A stretch of 64,000 nt of DNA from Lytechinus pictus. Taxonomy: Eukaryota. Position numbers and translations under genes: made by a program. The stretch lies in the NCBI RefSeq assembly GCF_037042905.1, contig NC_087263.1, positions 11,162,001 through 11,226,000 on the forward strand, given 5' to 3'. Position 1 is the stretch's first letter, and each line of letters opens with the position of its first letter. Under the pieces are notes generated by a model that saw nothing but the letters and a program-made list of their open reading frames with translations, was not told where the DNA came from and searched no databases. Positions 49,006-60,245 of the stretch are shown piece by piece.

Positions 49006-49119
49006 CAGTGGCGGACCGTGACCCGGAGGAGACAAAGCATTGGAGGGGCACAGCATTGTTCACAAACAATACAGTGCCCCTCCAATCAATTGTCTCCTCC
49101 GGGTCACGGTCTGCCACTG
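49006..49119. mobile_element. 114-bp hAT-like foldback MITE
   Basis: Almost entirely palindromic (CAGTGGCGGACCGTGACCCGGAGGAGACAA...); perfect 8-bp TSD GTACCAGT (48998-49005 and 49120-49127). Confidence 0.95.
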
Positions 49120-49840
49120 GTACCAGTAATTAGTGATAAATTGAATTCTTTCCCTCTAACTTATTCACTACCTCAAGAACTTCCTCGCGGTTGGTTGGGA
49201 CAAAAAATAACGAAGATGGAATTGAATTTTTAAGATAACTATCGAATTGAATTTCAGTTGTCGGAATATTTTCTGCTAGCTTTTGTCCAATTTGGGAAAA
49301 GTACGAGTTAAATGTATTTGCTATTGCTTGCGGTTTTTCAGTGAAGTTGTTAGTCTCAGATTTGATTTTGATAATTTGTTGTGTTTTTCTGTTTCTGTTC
49401 AATGTCCTGTTGATTATTCTCCATGTGTTTCCAATTATTATTAAGCTCACAAATTGCATAGTCTCATAATGTTTTTTCCGCTTGTCGCAGTATATTGGTC
49501 AACATATTTTTATAACGAGTGTATTTTTCACGAGTCTTATTATTTGCATTAGTTTTGTATTTCAAAAAAGATTGTTTTTTCGGGTTTTTCCCTTAGAATA
49601 GACTTTGCTACCCATGGAAACATAGGGAGTATAATACTCTATATTCCTACTCTTATTTGATTGAGGATCTACATCACCCTTTATAAGTCGTGTTTTATTA
49701 AATACACCAGTACCACCCTAGAGTTATAGACGTAGTAAGTTATAAGATGATTAACCCTAACAATCAAATCATGTATATGAAAATAGAAATAGAAATTCGA
49801 AATAGAAATCTGAGAATTGAAATATTCCAGAAATTCATTT

Positions 49841-49954
49841 CGGGTAGCAGGAACTCCCATCTTTTAACGTCTTTTTGGTCTGAAGCGGCCGGGGTTTGAA
49901 CTCCTGACCTGCCGGTTGTGAGACGGATGCTCTACCAACTCAGCCAACACACCG
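49841..49954 (-). mobile_element. tRNA-derived SINE 5' fragment
   Basis: Minus strand TGGCTGAGTTGG (A box) and AGTTCAAACCC (B box), followed by CAGACCAAAAAGACGTTAAAAGATGGGAGTT. Confidence 0.75.
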
Positions 49955-50139
49955 AGTGCAACACAGTGATATCGTTTCCTCTCAAAATTTAAAAACTTGA
50001 TGGATGTTTGAGTAAAAAAAAATGAAAGGTTTCATGCAATAGATGTAAACATGTTCACATCTTCAGAAGATGTATGAATTAGCTTGGGAAAAAAACTGCC
50101 AAATTGGATGAGAATAGCAATGACAAGGAGAAAGATAAG

Positions 50140-50462
50140 AATGGTGGTAATGGTGGAGCTCATGATGATGATAATGATCATAACGATGACAACGATGATG
50201 ATGATGATAACGATGATGATGTTTATAATGATGATGATGATGGCGATGATAATGATTATTATGATAAACGAAGAGGATTATTATGGCAATAATTATGAAA
50301 ATAATGAGAAGAACGGTGGAGGTGATGAAGATGATCATGTCGGCGGCGGTGGTAGTAGTAGTAGTATTAGTACTACTAGTAGTAGTAATAGTAGTAACAG
50401 TAATATTAGCAGTAACAGTAATAGTAGTAATAGAGGTAGCAGCAGTAGTAGTAGTAGTAGTA

Positions 50463-50510
<48 letters not shown>

Positions 50511-50618
50511 ATAGTAGTAGTAACAGTAATATTAGTAGTAACGGTAATAGTAGTAGTAGTAATAGAGGTAGCAGTAGAGGTAGCAGCAGTAGTAGTAGCA
50601 GTAGTAGTAGTAGTAGTA

Positions 50619-50658
<40 letters not shown>

Positions 50659-50854
50659 AAGTAGTAGTAGTAGAAGTAGTAGTAGTAGTAGAAGTATTAT
50701 TTTTAGTAGTAGTAGTAGTAGTAGTAGTAGTAGAAGTAGTAGTAGTCATGGTAGTAGTAACAGTAATATTAGTAGTAATAGTAGTAGTAACAGTCATATT
50801 AGTAGTAACAGTAATAGTAGTAGTAGTAATATAGGTAGCAGTAGAGGTAGCAGC

Positions 50855-50945
<91 letters not shown>

Positions 50946-51028
50946 ATAGTAGTAGTAACAGTAATATTAGTAGTAACAGTAATAGTAGTAGTAGTAGTAA
51001 TAGAGGTAGCAGTAGAGGTAGCAGCAGC

Positions 51029-51075
<47 letters not shown>

Positions 51076-51264
51076 AAGTAGTAGTAGTAGAAGTAGTAGT
51101 AGTAGTAGAAGTAGTAGTCATAATAATAGTAGTAGTAATAGTAGTAGTAACAGTAATATTAGTAGTAACATTAATAGTAGTAGTAGTAATAGAGGTAGCA
51201 ATAGAGGTAGCAGCAGCAGCAGTAGTAGTAGTAGTAGTAGTAGTAGAAGTAGTAGTAGTAGTAG

Positions 51265-51300
<36 letters not shown>

Positions 51301-51466
51301 AAGTAGTAGTATTAGTAGTAGCAGTAGTAGTATAAGTAGTAGTAGTAGTAGTAGTCATGGTAGTAGTAACAGTGATAGTAGTAGTAACAGTAATAGCAGT
51401 AGTAGTAATAGAGGTAGCAGTAGAGGTAGCAGTAGTAGTAGTAGTAGTAGAGGTAGCAGTGGTAGC
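50140..51466. repeat. (GAT)n then (AGT)n triplet array with higher-order structure
   Basis: Mostly AGT, with the recurring variant block GTAACAGTAATATTAGTAGTAACAGTAATAGT...AATAGAGGTAGCAG about six times. Confidence 0.95.
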
Positions 51467-51489
51467 ATTTTCTGGATAAGCCAGCAACA

Positions 51490-51707
51490 GAAAGGCTCAT
51501 GCATGCAATTATTTCAGTCACTAAGACTGTAATAATGGACTGCTTCTAGGAGTCCTAGATACTCAGCTTTCTAAACTCCAGCGCTTACACAATTTAGCTG
51601 CCAGGCTCTCAATTCGCAAAAAGAAATTTGAAAATGTGACACCGATCCTACGGAGTCTCAACTGGGTTAAAGGCACGCGTTTTGTTTAAAGTCCTCACTC
51701 TTGTTTG
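51490..51707 (+). mobile_element. L2-type LINE ORF2 C-terminal fragment
   Basis: Translates as ...DCNNGLLLGVLDTQLSKLQRLHNLAARLSIRKKKFENVTPILRSLNW / KARVLFKVLTL. Confidence 0.75.
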
Positions 51708-51711
51708 AAAT

Positions 51712-52105
51712 GTACATGAAATCATAAATGTTTCAATTGTTCATGCATGTGTAATTGATGTGTCTCCATTATGATGAAATGAGTTGTTGCAATATATAAC
51801 TAATGCACTTAATCTGTCGTCAATCCAATTGTTTTAGTTATTGGTAGAAACTTTTGAATAAACCTAATTTCATAAAATAACAAGTACAAGGACAAGAACA
51901 AGTGGGGATATGACATCATCAGCCTACCTAATGAATATTCAATTCATAAATACATGCCTAAAACTGTTTCATCGGAATGCAAATCTTTAAAATTCAATGA
52001 CTTTGTTATTTGTTATCCGATTTTGATCAAATTTTTAACATTTTGCTCTTTGGATTTTCCTCTATTTATTGAGATTGAAAAATATTTCAATCCTGGACCA
52101 TCCCT
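51712..52105. mobile_element. Kolobok-like element, partial
   Basis: Inverted homology to the left part of 22013-22619; end GGACCATCCCT|TTAA. Confidence 0.8.
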
Positions 52106-52219
52106 TTAAGAAGTACATGAATTAGCTCTATACAAAATTCAAACAATTCTTCCATATGCATACAAACAATTTATATGGTATTTTGGGTCTCTAAGAACTG
52201 ATTATTATTATTTTGGTAT

Positions 52220-52380
52220 TAGTAGCAGTAGTAGCAGTACTACAGATAGTAGTAGAAACAGTGGTAGTAGTAGTAGTATAATTAGAAGTAGCAATAGTAA
52301 AAGTAGTAGTATTGTAGTAGTAGTAGTAGTAGTAGTCATGGTAGTAGTAGTAGTAGTAATAGTAATGGTAAAAGTTATAG
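52220..52380. repeat. (AGT)n microsatellite
   Basis: Direct inspection. Confidence 0.9.
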
Positions 52381-52839
52381 CATTTTTAGTAGTACCATCG
52401 CACTTATAGCCCACGGAGTTAAAAAAAAAGTCACAGATTAGCAATCATTATCAATGATGTAATTGTGGCTCTCGGCCTTATATGAAGTATTCTATTGCCT
52501 GCAAATTTTGTAAAGAAACCCGCGGCCGTGTGCCGAACTTTTAAGAACCCAAGGAGAAAATACAACATCGTTTATAGTACCCACCACTGTGCTTTTGTGT
52601 TGGGAACTGAGCGAGTCTGAAGGATCAAATCAGTTAGGGCTAAAAGGGTGTAAGACTCTCTGTTATACCTTCCCAGTTGAATCCTTCTACCAGGTCTTGA
52701 GGTCTTGGGTTGAGGGAAGGTCCAGTGGAAAACGCGGTTGATTCTGGGGGCAGCTAAGGGAGGGAGGGGGGGGGGGGTATGGAAATTGACACGGGGGCAG
52801 GAAAGGTAGTTTGGAAGCTAAGGCATTGTAAGGGCTAAT

Positions 52840-53048
52840 GGGATGTTGCAAAAACTTTATCTTAATTGCAAGTCGATTTCAGGTCCCCAAATAAATTAAA
52901 AGCCATGCATTTCATTACAAATTTGCAATTGATTTATGGCTCCTTGCATCAGCAAAATACAACTTGGTTTCAGTTAATACTGATCGTTCACTTGTAAATC
53001 TGCATCTTGAATTTGCAAACGATTGCAAATATTTCCTTGCAACGCCCC
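52840..53048. mobile_element. Possible degenerate MITE
   Basis: GGGATGTTGCAAAAA / TTTCCTTGCAACGCCCC imperfect TIR, with internal TTGCAA repeats. Confidence 0.4.
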
Positions 53049-53949
53049 TAGAACAGGCAGTATGAATAACAGCATGAACAGTATTAAAAAAAAAACCGTT
53101 ATATTGTTTTACCCTGGAAAGTCGAGGTGCACCATTTTTTCGACTTCAATAAGTAAATCCCACTTGTTACCATATCGAAGCAGCAAAAGCCGGATTCTTG
53201 AAATCGGATGGTCTTATTCAGATGGAATATGGAGGTATGGGAATAGTCTGCTATGCAGACTCTGAATGGCTCGTGGGAGATCTTAGCGCGCGAAGCGCGC
53301 TGCTGCTGGTTTGCAAAGCAAACCAGCCCGAAAGGGCGAGTGCTATATGTGCACAGCAGGCTATACACACAGACACTATACAGACGTGATACACACACTG
53401 CATATGTGGGTCTACCTTATTTTGTAGACTATTATGGGAATGAATAGGAATCGTAACAGAACTACGATAAACTAGAAGAAGAACTAAGGAAAACAACTAA
53501 AGATTAAAAAAACAGAATACAAGAAACCTCCACAACGCCCATACGACTGTATACTAACAACTATAATCATTCTTTAATTATCAAACTCGGATTGCCTTGT
53601 GGACAAGGAACAGGTACAGCAAATTAATGCCAAAATACAGATATTTGTCTCTGTGTTGGTTTAAAAGGAAGGGAGTGTGTGTCAGTGTGGGGATACATGT
53701 GCAAAACCCAAGCAAAACTTGAAAAATTTCACCAATACCGCCGGAGAATATTGGCTGTAAAAAAAAAAACTAAGTAAACGAGGAATTTTTGAGTGGGGTG
53801 CACCTCTTCACCCCTTGAAACTCTCTTTCCTCGCCAAGACAAACATAGCTGTAGTGTCCCCTTCTGAGGTCCCACGTTGAGCAACTTGTAAAGCTCACTG
53901 CGGGTAGGCAACCACACAAATTGTCCCTGAGTGGGCGGTTTCGATCGGG

Positions 53950-54420
53950 ACCAATTGTTATGCAAATCAGTCACGCGCCGGGGTACGCGAGTAAAGACTG
54001 GAAGGCTATTGTTTGCCGTGGAGCGTTTGAGACAGGTAAAAATGGAAGCCAGAGGCACGCACGTCGGGGCAGACAATAGCTTGTCAACTACTCACAACTA
54101 TATACCATGAAGTTTGTTTTGTTGTCCCCCCGTGCCTGATGTGTGAGAGAGGTCGAAGAATAGGTAAAGGGAGAGAGAGCAAGGCAGAGTGAGACTGGAG
54201 TAGAAGAGTAAACTTTTGAGGCCATCGGAAAAGGAAAAAAAGGAGGCGTGGCTTGAAAGTTGGTGTCGCGTGAGTCTGTGACGTGCAGGTTAGGCCATTG
54301 AAGGTGTCTCAATAGTTCACCTTGTGAAGTCTATTGTTTAAGTTAGGCTTTTATCCTTCGTGTGCCGAGGTACTACTAGACGCGTGCCACCAGGCCGGAT
54401 CGACCACATTCGCGTGACAT
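53950..54420 (+). promoter_or_regulatory. Putative achaete-scute proximal regulatory region (Sox-POU composite, Sox sites, HES class C sites)
   Basis: ATTGTTATGCAAAT 53954-53967; CACGCG on either strand at 53972, 54267, 54381 and 54411; GGCACGCA 54054; N-box CTTGTG 54321; CTATTGTT 54006 and 54331; ACAATAG 54073. CpG-rich and directly upstream of the CDS. Confidence 0.7.
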
Positions 54421-54764
54421 AGTCGCAGGGACAACATCAAACTTTTAAAGGCTGTTGACTTGTTCTTCAATATTCTGCAAACCAAACAACCTGTTGCTAG
54501 AATTCTTCGCTCTACCTGTTGCTCGGTTCGCAACTCTCGGCATCCCTCGACACTTTTTTTTCTGATTATCAACAAGTGTTTGCCTCAATTAGCCGAAATT
54601 TAATCTCTTACAAAAACTTAGTCGAACTGCTTCTTCAAGAATCTTGAAGAATATTCTGTTCCTGGGCGTCATCTACGATTTTGTATTATTTCAGGGATAC
54701 TTAATTCCCATTCATCTTGGCAATTGAAACATCATTTCTGCATCTCATTAAAAAAAGACACAAA

Positions 54765-55319
54765 ATGGAGAACATTGTTCCAATTTCCATCCATACAACT
54801 CAACTTCTTCAAGCCGTCAGTGTGAACAACCAAACGACGGTGCGGACGACGTCGATTGACGATCTCCCAAAGCGTGTGCGACGACTTCGAGTAAACGATG
54901 ACCAAACACCCGAGCTTACTCGTTGTAAGAGGAGAATCCACTTTAACCATCTGGGCTACGAACTAAATCAACCAGCCCCTGCTGCCGTCGCCCGCCGTAA
55001 CGAACGGGAACGAAATCGCGTCAAACTTGTCAACCTCGGGTTTACTAGCTTGCGCCAGCAGCTGCCAAACGGCGTCAACAACAAGAAAATGAGCAAAGTG
55101 GAAACGCTGAGATCAGCGGTGTCGTATATCAGACAACTCCAACAGATGCTCGACGAGGAAGCAGCCGTCAACGCAGTATTCAACGGTCAGAGTTTGCCCC
55201 CGACCACAGCCAGCCTAAGTTCGGCTTCGTCACCCGCTAGTTCACCCGGTGGGTCGAGCCCCTGTGAGCCCCTTTCCCCCGAAGACGAAGACCTGCTCAA
55301 CTTCCACGAATGGTTCTAG
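54765..55319 (+). CDS. ascl: Achaete-scute family (ASCa/ASCL1-like) proneural bHLH transcription factor, 184 aa, uninterrupted CDS
   Basis: [14 protein letters not shown] pre-basic motif; b[23 protein letters not shown]...[21 protein letters not shown]-terminal [16 protein letters not shown] resembling the ASCL1 PLSPEEQELLDFTNWF tail. First in-frame ATG (AAAATGG) is at 54765; the track start at 54717 is a TTG. No ATG seen in the preceding ~620 nt. Confidence 0.97.
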   Translation: MENIVPISIHTTQLLQAVSVNNQTTVRTTSIDDLPKRVRRLRVNDDQTPELTRCKRRIHFNHLGYELNQPAPAAVARRNERERNRVKLVNLGFTSLRQQLPNGVNNKKMSKVETLRSAVSYIRQLQQMLDEEAAVNAVFNGQSLPPTTASLSSASSPASSPGGSSPCEPLSPEDEDLLNFHEWF

Positions 55320-56639
55320 AGTTACGCCTACCCAGCTACCACCCATCCCAGCTTTTGTTAAACTAAAGGTAAGACAAGTTTTATAGATATAAGTAGAATT
55401 TAAAGATTTAGAAGCTGCGAATATGCTGTAGATAGGTATCAGGTTTGCCAAAGTCAAGTACCACTGTGACATTCTTAAGGGCACGTTATCATTTATTTCG
55501 GGTTCACATATTTCTTCTTGTTAATAAAACTTGCTTTTGCACAAGTATTTGCTTATTTCAACAAAAATCATCACGACTATGACAAAAATACCACTGGAGC
55601 ATCAATGCGAATTAATAATAAAAAGACAATTATAACTAATTAAAAATGTAAATATGTTACTGCAAAGCCTTAATGGTATCACGTACTGACTTTCCAAATA
55701 TAATATCGATCAAAACCACTAATTTTTTGTTTACAAAGCTTAAAACGATCTAACAAATCTAACTAAAACGCGTATTCAGATGAATTTACCGTTATATTCA
55801 TAGTTATCGAGTTGGCAGAAATTATTTCATCACTATATAAAACATGAAACAACAAGCATATTGTTTTTTTTTCTTCTTAAGTTAAGTCACCAGCCTGTCA
55901 TTCTTGAGGCTAATAAAGGACCAATTTGTATCATTGCTTTGAAAAAGTCGTTATTCTTGTTGCGAAGAAAATCAAACTGAATGGAGAAAGAAGAACGGGT
56001 TTTCAGGATCAAATCTGATAGTCATGATAGTGGAAAACTCTTGATGCTACTTACATTTTCTGATCTTACCCGCCTGGTCGCATTAAAATAAAAGAAGAAA
56101 ACAAAACTCCCACCACAAGCGCTGTGGAAATTATAAAAGCGCTGTAGAAATTACAAAAGTATTGCTTCTCAACTGTGCTTTGTTTGTGAATATCATCAAA
56201 ATTCTTTTTATTTTAATTAACGTACTTGGCAAAATGCAAGTCTGACAGCCAGAAGAAGATATATATTTCAAAACGAAATTCGGGTTAAAAATAACAAACC
56301 ATATCTTGATACTTTTTTGCGATAAGAATATTACATATGTAATCATTAAATCAGTATAATAGTAGTAATGGTAATACTGAAAGTCATGTGAGTCAGTTCT
56401 AGGTTTTTGTTTTGTTTCCAAAATCATATAATAATTCATATCTCGGGACATTAACTCGTCTTTTATTGCAATCTAATGAGGTGCATGATGATAATTTCAT
56501 GTGTCATATATATCATTCTAATTATTGTCGATCGTTATTTTGACGTTGAGGAAATGTGAAAACAAAACCTCAAAAATCAATAATTACGGTTGCACAACAA
56601 GGTTGTGGTTTTGTTTTGCTCGTTTGATCGTCCACTTCG

Positions 56640-56830
56640 CTAACTAGTCGCGTGTCTTTATCAATCATTTTCAGGTATGGGCGTGGCTTGTTGATGTCTC
56701 GACCAATCGGAATCAGGCGCGTGGCTACCTGGATGCATTAACCTTGAAGTTGACCAATAAGGGCTTCTTTTGACCCTTGGCGGGAGCCGTCCATCGTTCA
56801 ACTGGAACGCGTCATGGGCGGGGCTTGTGA
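56640..56830. promoter_or_regulatory. CpG-rich motif cluster downstream of ascl (candidate cis-regulatory module or promoter)
   Basis: CGCGTG 56649 and 56718; GGGCGTGGC 56679; CCAAT 56703 and 56753; TTGGCGGGA 56777; GGGCGGGGC 56816. Confidence 0.5.
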
Positions 56831-57792
56831 ATGCGGCAGAATCCCGTCCGTTCGAAACAAAGCAAGGCAAGAATTTCGCTGCTCCCCTGGAGTCTCCAAT
56901 GCCATCTAGACTTCCGAAGCAACGTTCCACAAGTGTGAGCAAGCAAATGCTCTTTAGCCCGATTCAAAGACACACTTTATTTCAATCAAAGTATAATTGA
57001 CACTTTCTTAGCATCGATTGTTTGTATAAATGATGTTATATAACAAAATTATATTTTGCACTATAACTGTATGATATTGACGAATCTTTATATTAAAAAT
57101 ATGTAGGTCTATCATTTCATTCCACTCTTCATGCAACAGTGTACCTGTATATGAATAATAGTAAGGAAAGTTGCTTTCCTCGTTTGAACGTGGAATATAC
57201 CCACTACCAATTTCTTTAAATCCAATACAAATTGAGGTTTGTTTGAACACTTAAACGTGACTGCAAATCATGGGGAACTGTTTGCAAACTATGCAATGGA
57301 AACATTTCAATGAAAATAAACAGCTCAATTTTCTGCCTTTTGCTGCCATTCGACAAAAAAAACAACTTCAAATTGATTCACGTTAAATATCACAATCTGC
57401 CTTCGGATCATATGCTCTTCCCTCTATCCCAGTGATCCTTATCTCTTACAAAAACAAATTATTGTCAAGATTATTATTGAACCACATAATATATATATTG
57501 TCTAAAATTCTATCGACATCTAGTGTAATTATAACTTATTTAGTCTATGGAGGACAAATGAAACATGTATGTACTATATCGTTATATAGCAAGATTATTA
57601 TAAGAGGGGAGTCGTCTTCTATATATACTTCCAAGATATTTTTCTCAATGACATTGTGTATATAGTGTATTTTTAAACTAAAATACTGATATACAAAATA
57701 GATATTGCTTTCATTCTGAAATGTTTATAGGGGTTTTCTAGCTGCATCGGTTTTCTGGACAAGAGCAGTCGTTTTCCCCATCCTTCTACACA

Positions 57793-58031
57793 CACAGCAA
57801 AAACTGTGGTGTTAACCGGTGTACATAGAGGACCACACCAGTTATTTTACACCGGTGTTAAATTGGCGGTGTTAGTTTTACATCTATACGTGTTATTACA
57901 ACACCTATGGTTGTTACATTTACACTCGTTGGTGTTATGTTCAATCTCTAGGGTGTTATTTTAACACCTCAGGGTGTGGTCCTCTATTAACACCAATTGG
58001 TGTCAGTTTTAACACCACAGTTTTTACAGTG
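57793..58031. mobile_element. CACTA-like MITE
   Basis: CACAGCAAAAACTGTGGTGTTAA / TTAACACCACAGTTTTTACAGTG; internal AGAGGACCACAC inverted pair; 2-bp TSD CA. Confidence 0.88.
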
Positions 58032-59966
58032 CAGTTGAAGAGAAATCACCGGTGTTGCTTATTCAAAATATCGCTTTATTTCTCTTTTTATTACCATTTG
58101 TTTATTTTAAAAAAGACGTGTCTTTAATACAAGCTTCATAACATTCCATTTTATAAGAAACTGTGTGCTATAGCATAGTGTTGATTCGACGCTAAACTTT
58201 AGACACTAAAAATCTGTCGCATACCATACCTGTTGTACCTCGCATGTTTCTTCGTAGCTTAGTTCATCGTAGACATGGTAGATAGTAGAAAACTGTCTGA
58301 AATGTATTCGAACGAGAGATTCCTTCCTATTTTTGTATTTTTTAAAACATATTACAGCCAATACCATGGTATGACAAGGGAATATATCATAAATATAATC
58401 ACGAAGATGTTCACTATGCTCCGCAAAAGAAGAGGGGTGCGTGCATTGTAAAATGGAAAAAGTCAATCAAGAGCTTTGATATACATACATATGGATATTC
58501 ATTTAAATTAATCAGAATTGTTGCTATAACTTTGTAACATAAAATATCAAAGCGTTCTGGTAATATGTCATCACGTTTAAACTCAAAATGGAATTTCCTG
58601 ATTTTGATAACGTATTTGTCATGAAACATATCGTGTTTTAAACGATTCCATCAAAATATTCTTCAGTAGGTTAGAACGTGTGTGAAATCTGAATTCTTCC
58701 TTTCTCATTAATTATTTATAACTAATATTCTGGATTTTAGAATATGCAACATACTGCCTTCAAATTAACAATTTCGTAATATATTAAGTGCCTTGGGAGA
58801 AAAAGAAACAACAATTAAGTGATTTTTACAGTGATTATACCATGTGTAATCAAACGGGATTCCATGCTTGGCTACTTTGTAACGTATATTTTTGTATGAA
58901 TTTTCTACGCATAGCGATCTTTTTTTTTACATGCTTTTTATTGCAAAATATTCTGTATTCATGTCGAATTATAATGTATGTCTGTAAATTTGTTTGTACA
59001 AAAGAAAATATAGAACTATTTTTTGCCGTTGAAGACGGAGAATGCCAATTAAATATGCAGATAAAACAAATACACGATTTTTGTTATTTTGTTTCCCCTT
59101 TTGGTTTCGATGAGTAATGTCCCATCTTGCTTTGTTCTTTTCACGGATACCATAATATCAATGCTGTTTGGATATTAAGGCACTAATTTCATGGAGGGTG
59201 CTCAGAATCGTGTGTATGCAACGATTCAAAGAGAAACGAGAAAGGCGGAGAGAGAGAGAGAGCATTAGAGAGAATGACAAGATGCGGAATAGACAATAAT
59301 TACTGTACGACAAATGAGAGATAACGAACAAAAGTGGGAGAAAGAATTATAAATGAGAGAAAGAGAGAGGGAGTGGGTGAAAAATGTGGGTGTGTATCCG
59401 TGTGTATATGCAAGAGAGAGATGGGGAGGGGGCGCAAGAGACCCAAGAAATTAATAAATACAAAATTCAATAATTGGAAGATTAAAAAAATAAAAAATAT
59501 GGATCAGTGTGGATATGTAAAAGAGATATTGAGAAAGAAATTAAGTGTAAAAAACTGAACAATCGAGAGGTGCTTCAGAAAAATAAAAAAGTGAAGCGAA
59601 AATTTCAGATGGATGGGTTCGGGTCCGTGGATGTATGGAAGGCTGGATGGCAGGGGAGGGGGCGTCAGATTAAGGGAGTGGAATAAAAGGTAGGAGAGAG
59701 GGGATGGAGTGTAATAATGGAAATAAATCACTCTAAAATCTCCTCGGGCCTATATGAGCTGTATAAAAGAATACCATCGTTCTTCATCCATCACGATATT
59801 CAACTCCTATGAATACACCAGCTGGAATTAATCTTTCATTCAGTCAGATTTATTCCATGATTTATTCACTTTATTCCGTCTCTTCATTCAAATGGTAAAA
59901 CAAAGAAACCCTTGAAATTTGAATTGGTACGGTTCTAGATTTTATATAGTAAATATCACGTGATAT

Positions 59967-60245
59967 CCCTGCTGGAGAAGAACACAGTGTGTGCCACAGT
60001 ATGTTCACGGTGTGGAACACAATGTGAAATCCCCTTCACACTGTTAAATTTGAGCATTTCAACAGTGTGAATCACATATTCACATAGTCGACCATGTGAA
60101 CACGCTGTGAACGGTCACACTGTCGAAGTGTCCACAGTGTGAACATATCGTCACACTGTTGAATTTGAGCATTTTAACAGTGTGAATGATATTTTCACAT
60201 AGTCCACTATGCGACGACACTGTGACGCTGTGTTCTCCACCAGTG
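59967..60245. mobile_element. CACTA-like MITE with CACACTGT/ACAGTGTG subrepeats
   Basis: CCCTGCTGGAGAAGAACACAG / CTGTGTTCTCCACCAGTG; AT on both flanks. Confidence 0.7.

Larger units (their letters stand above)
46941..49620 (-). mobile_element. Decayed CR1/L2-group LINE with two MITE insertions
   Basis: Minus-strand fragments TWRIIN...IANTFNSYFSQIG, VPNDLKIAKVIPIFK, LSNRKQFV...CGVPQGS, ANKLSLN and YGPKYWNSL...FKLKL; AATAAA and an (AACTTG)n tail at 46941-46966. Confidence 0.9.

Noticed and set aside
50063..51532. 474-aa Thr-rich mucin-like ORF with apparent TM segment and His tail (-), and 482-aa Ser-rich ORF (+)
   Set aside because: Both are readings of (AGT)n/(GAT)n microsatellites, which are stop-free in most frames. 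There is no signal peptide or non-repetitive domain, and the starts are non-ATG.
51672..51679. GGCACGCG here as an evolved regulatory site
   Set aside because: It falls within L2 coding remnant sequence (K-A-R-V codons). It is counted in the total but excluded from the non-TE tally.
54717..54764. 16-aa N-terminal extension of Ascl in the ORF track
   Set aside because: It starts at TTG. The first ATG, in good context, is at 54765.
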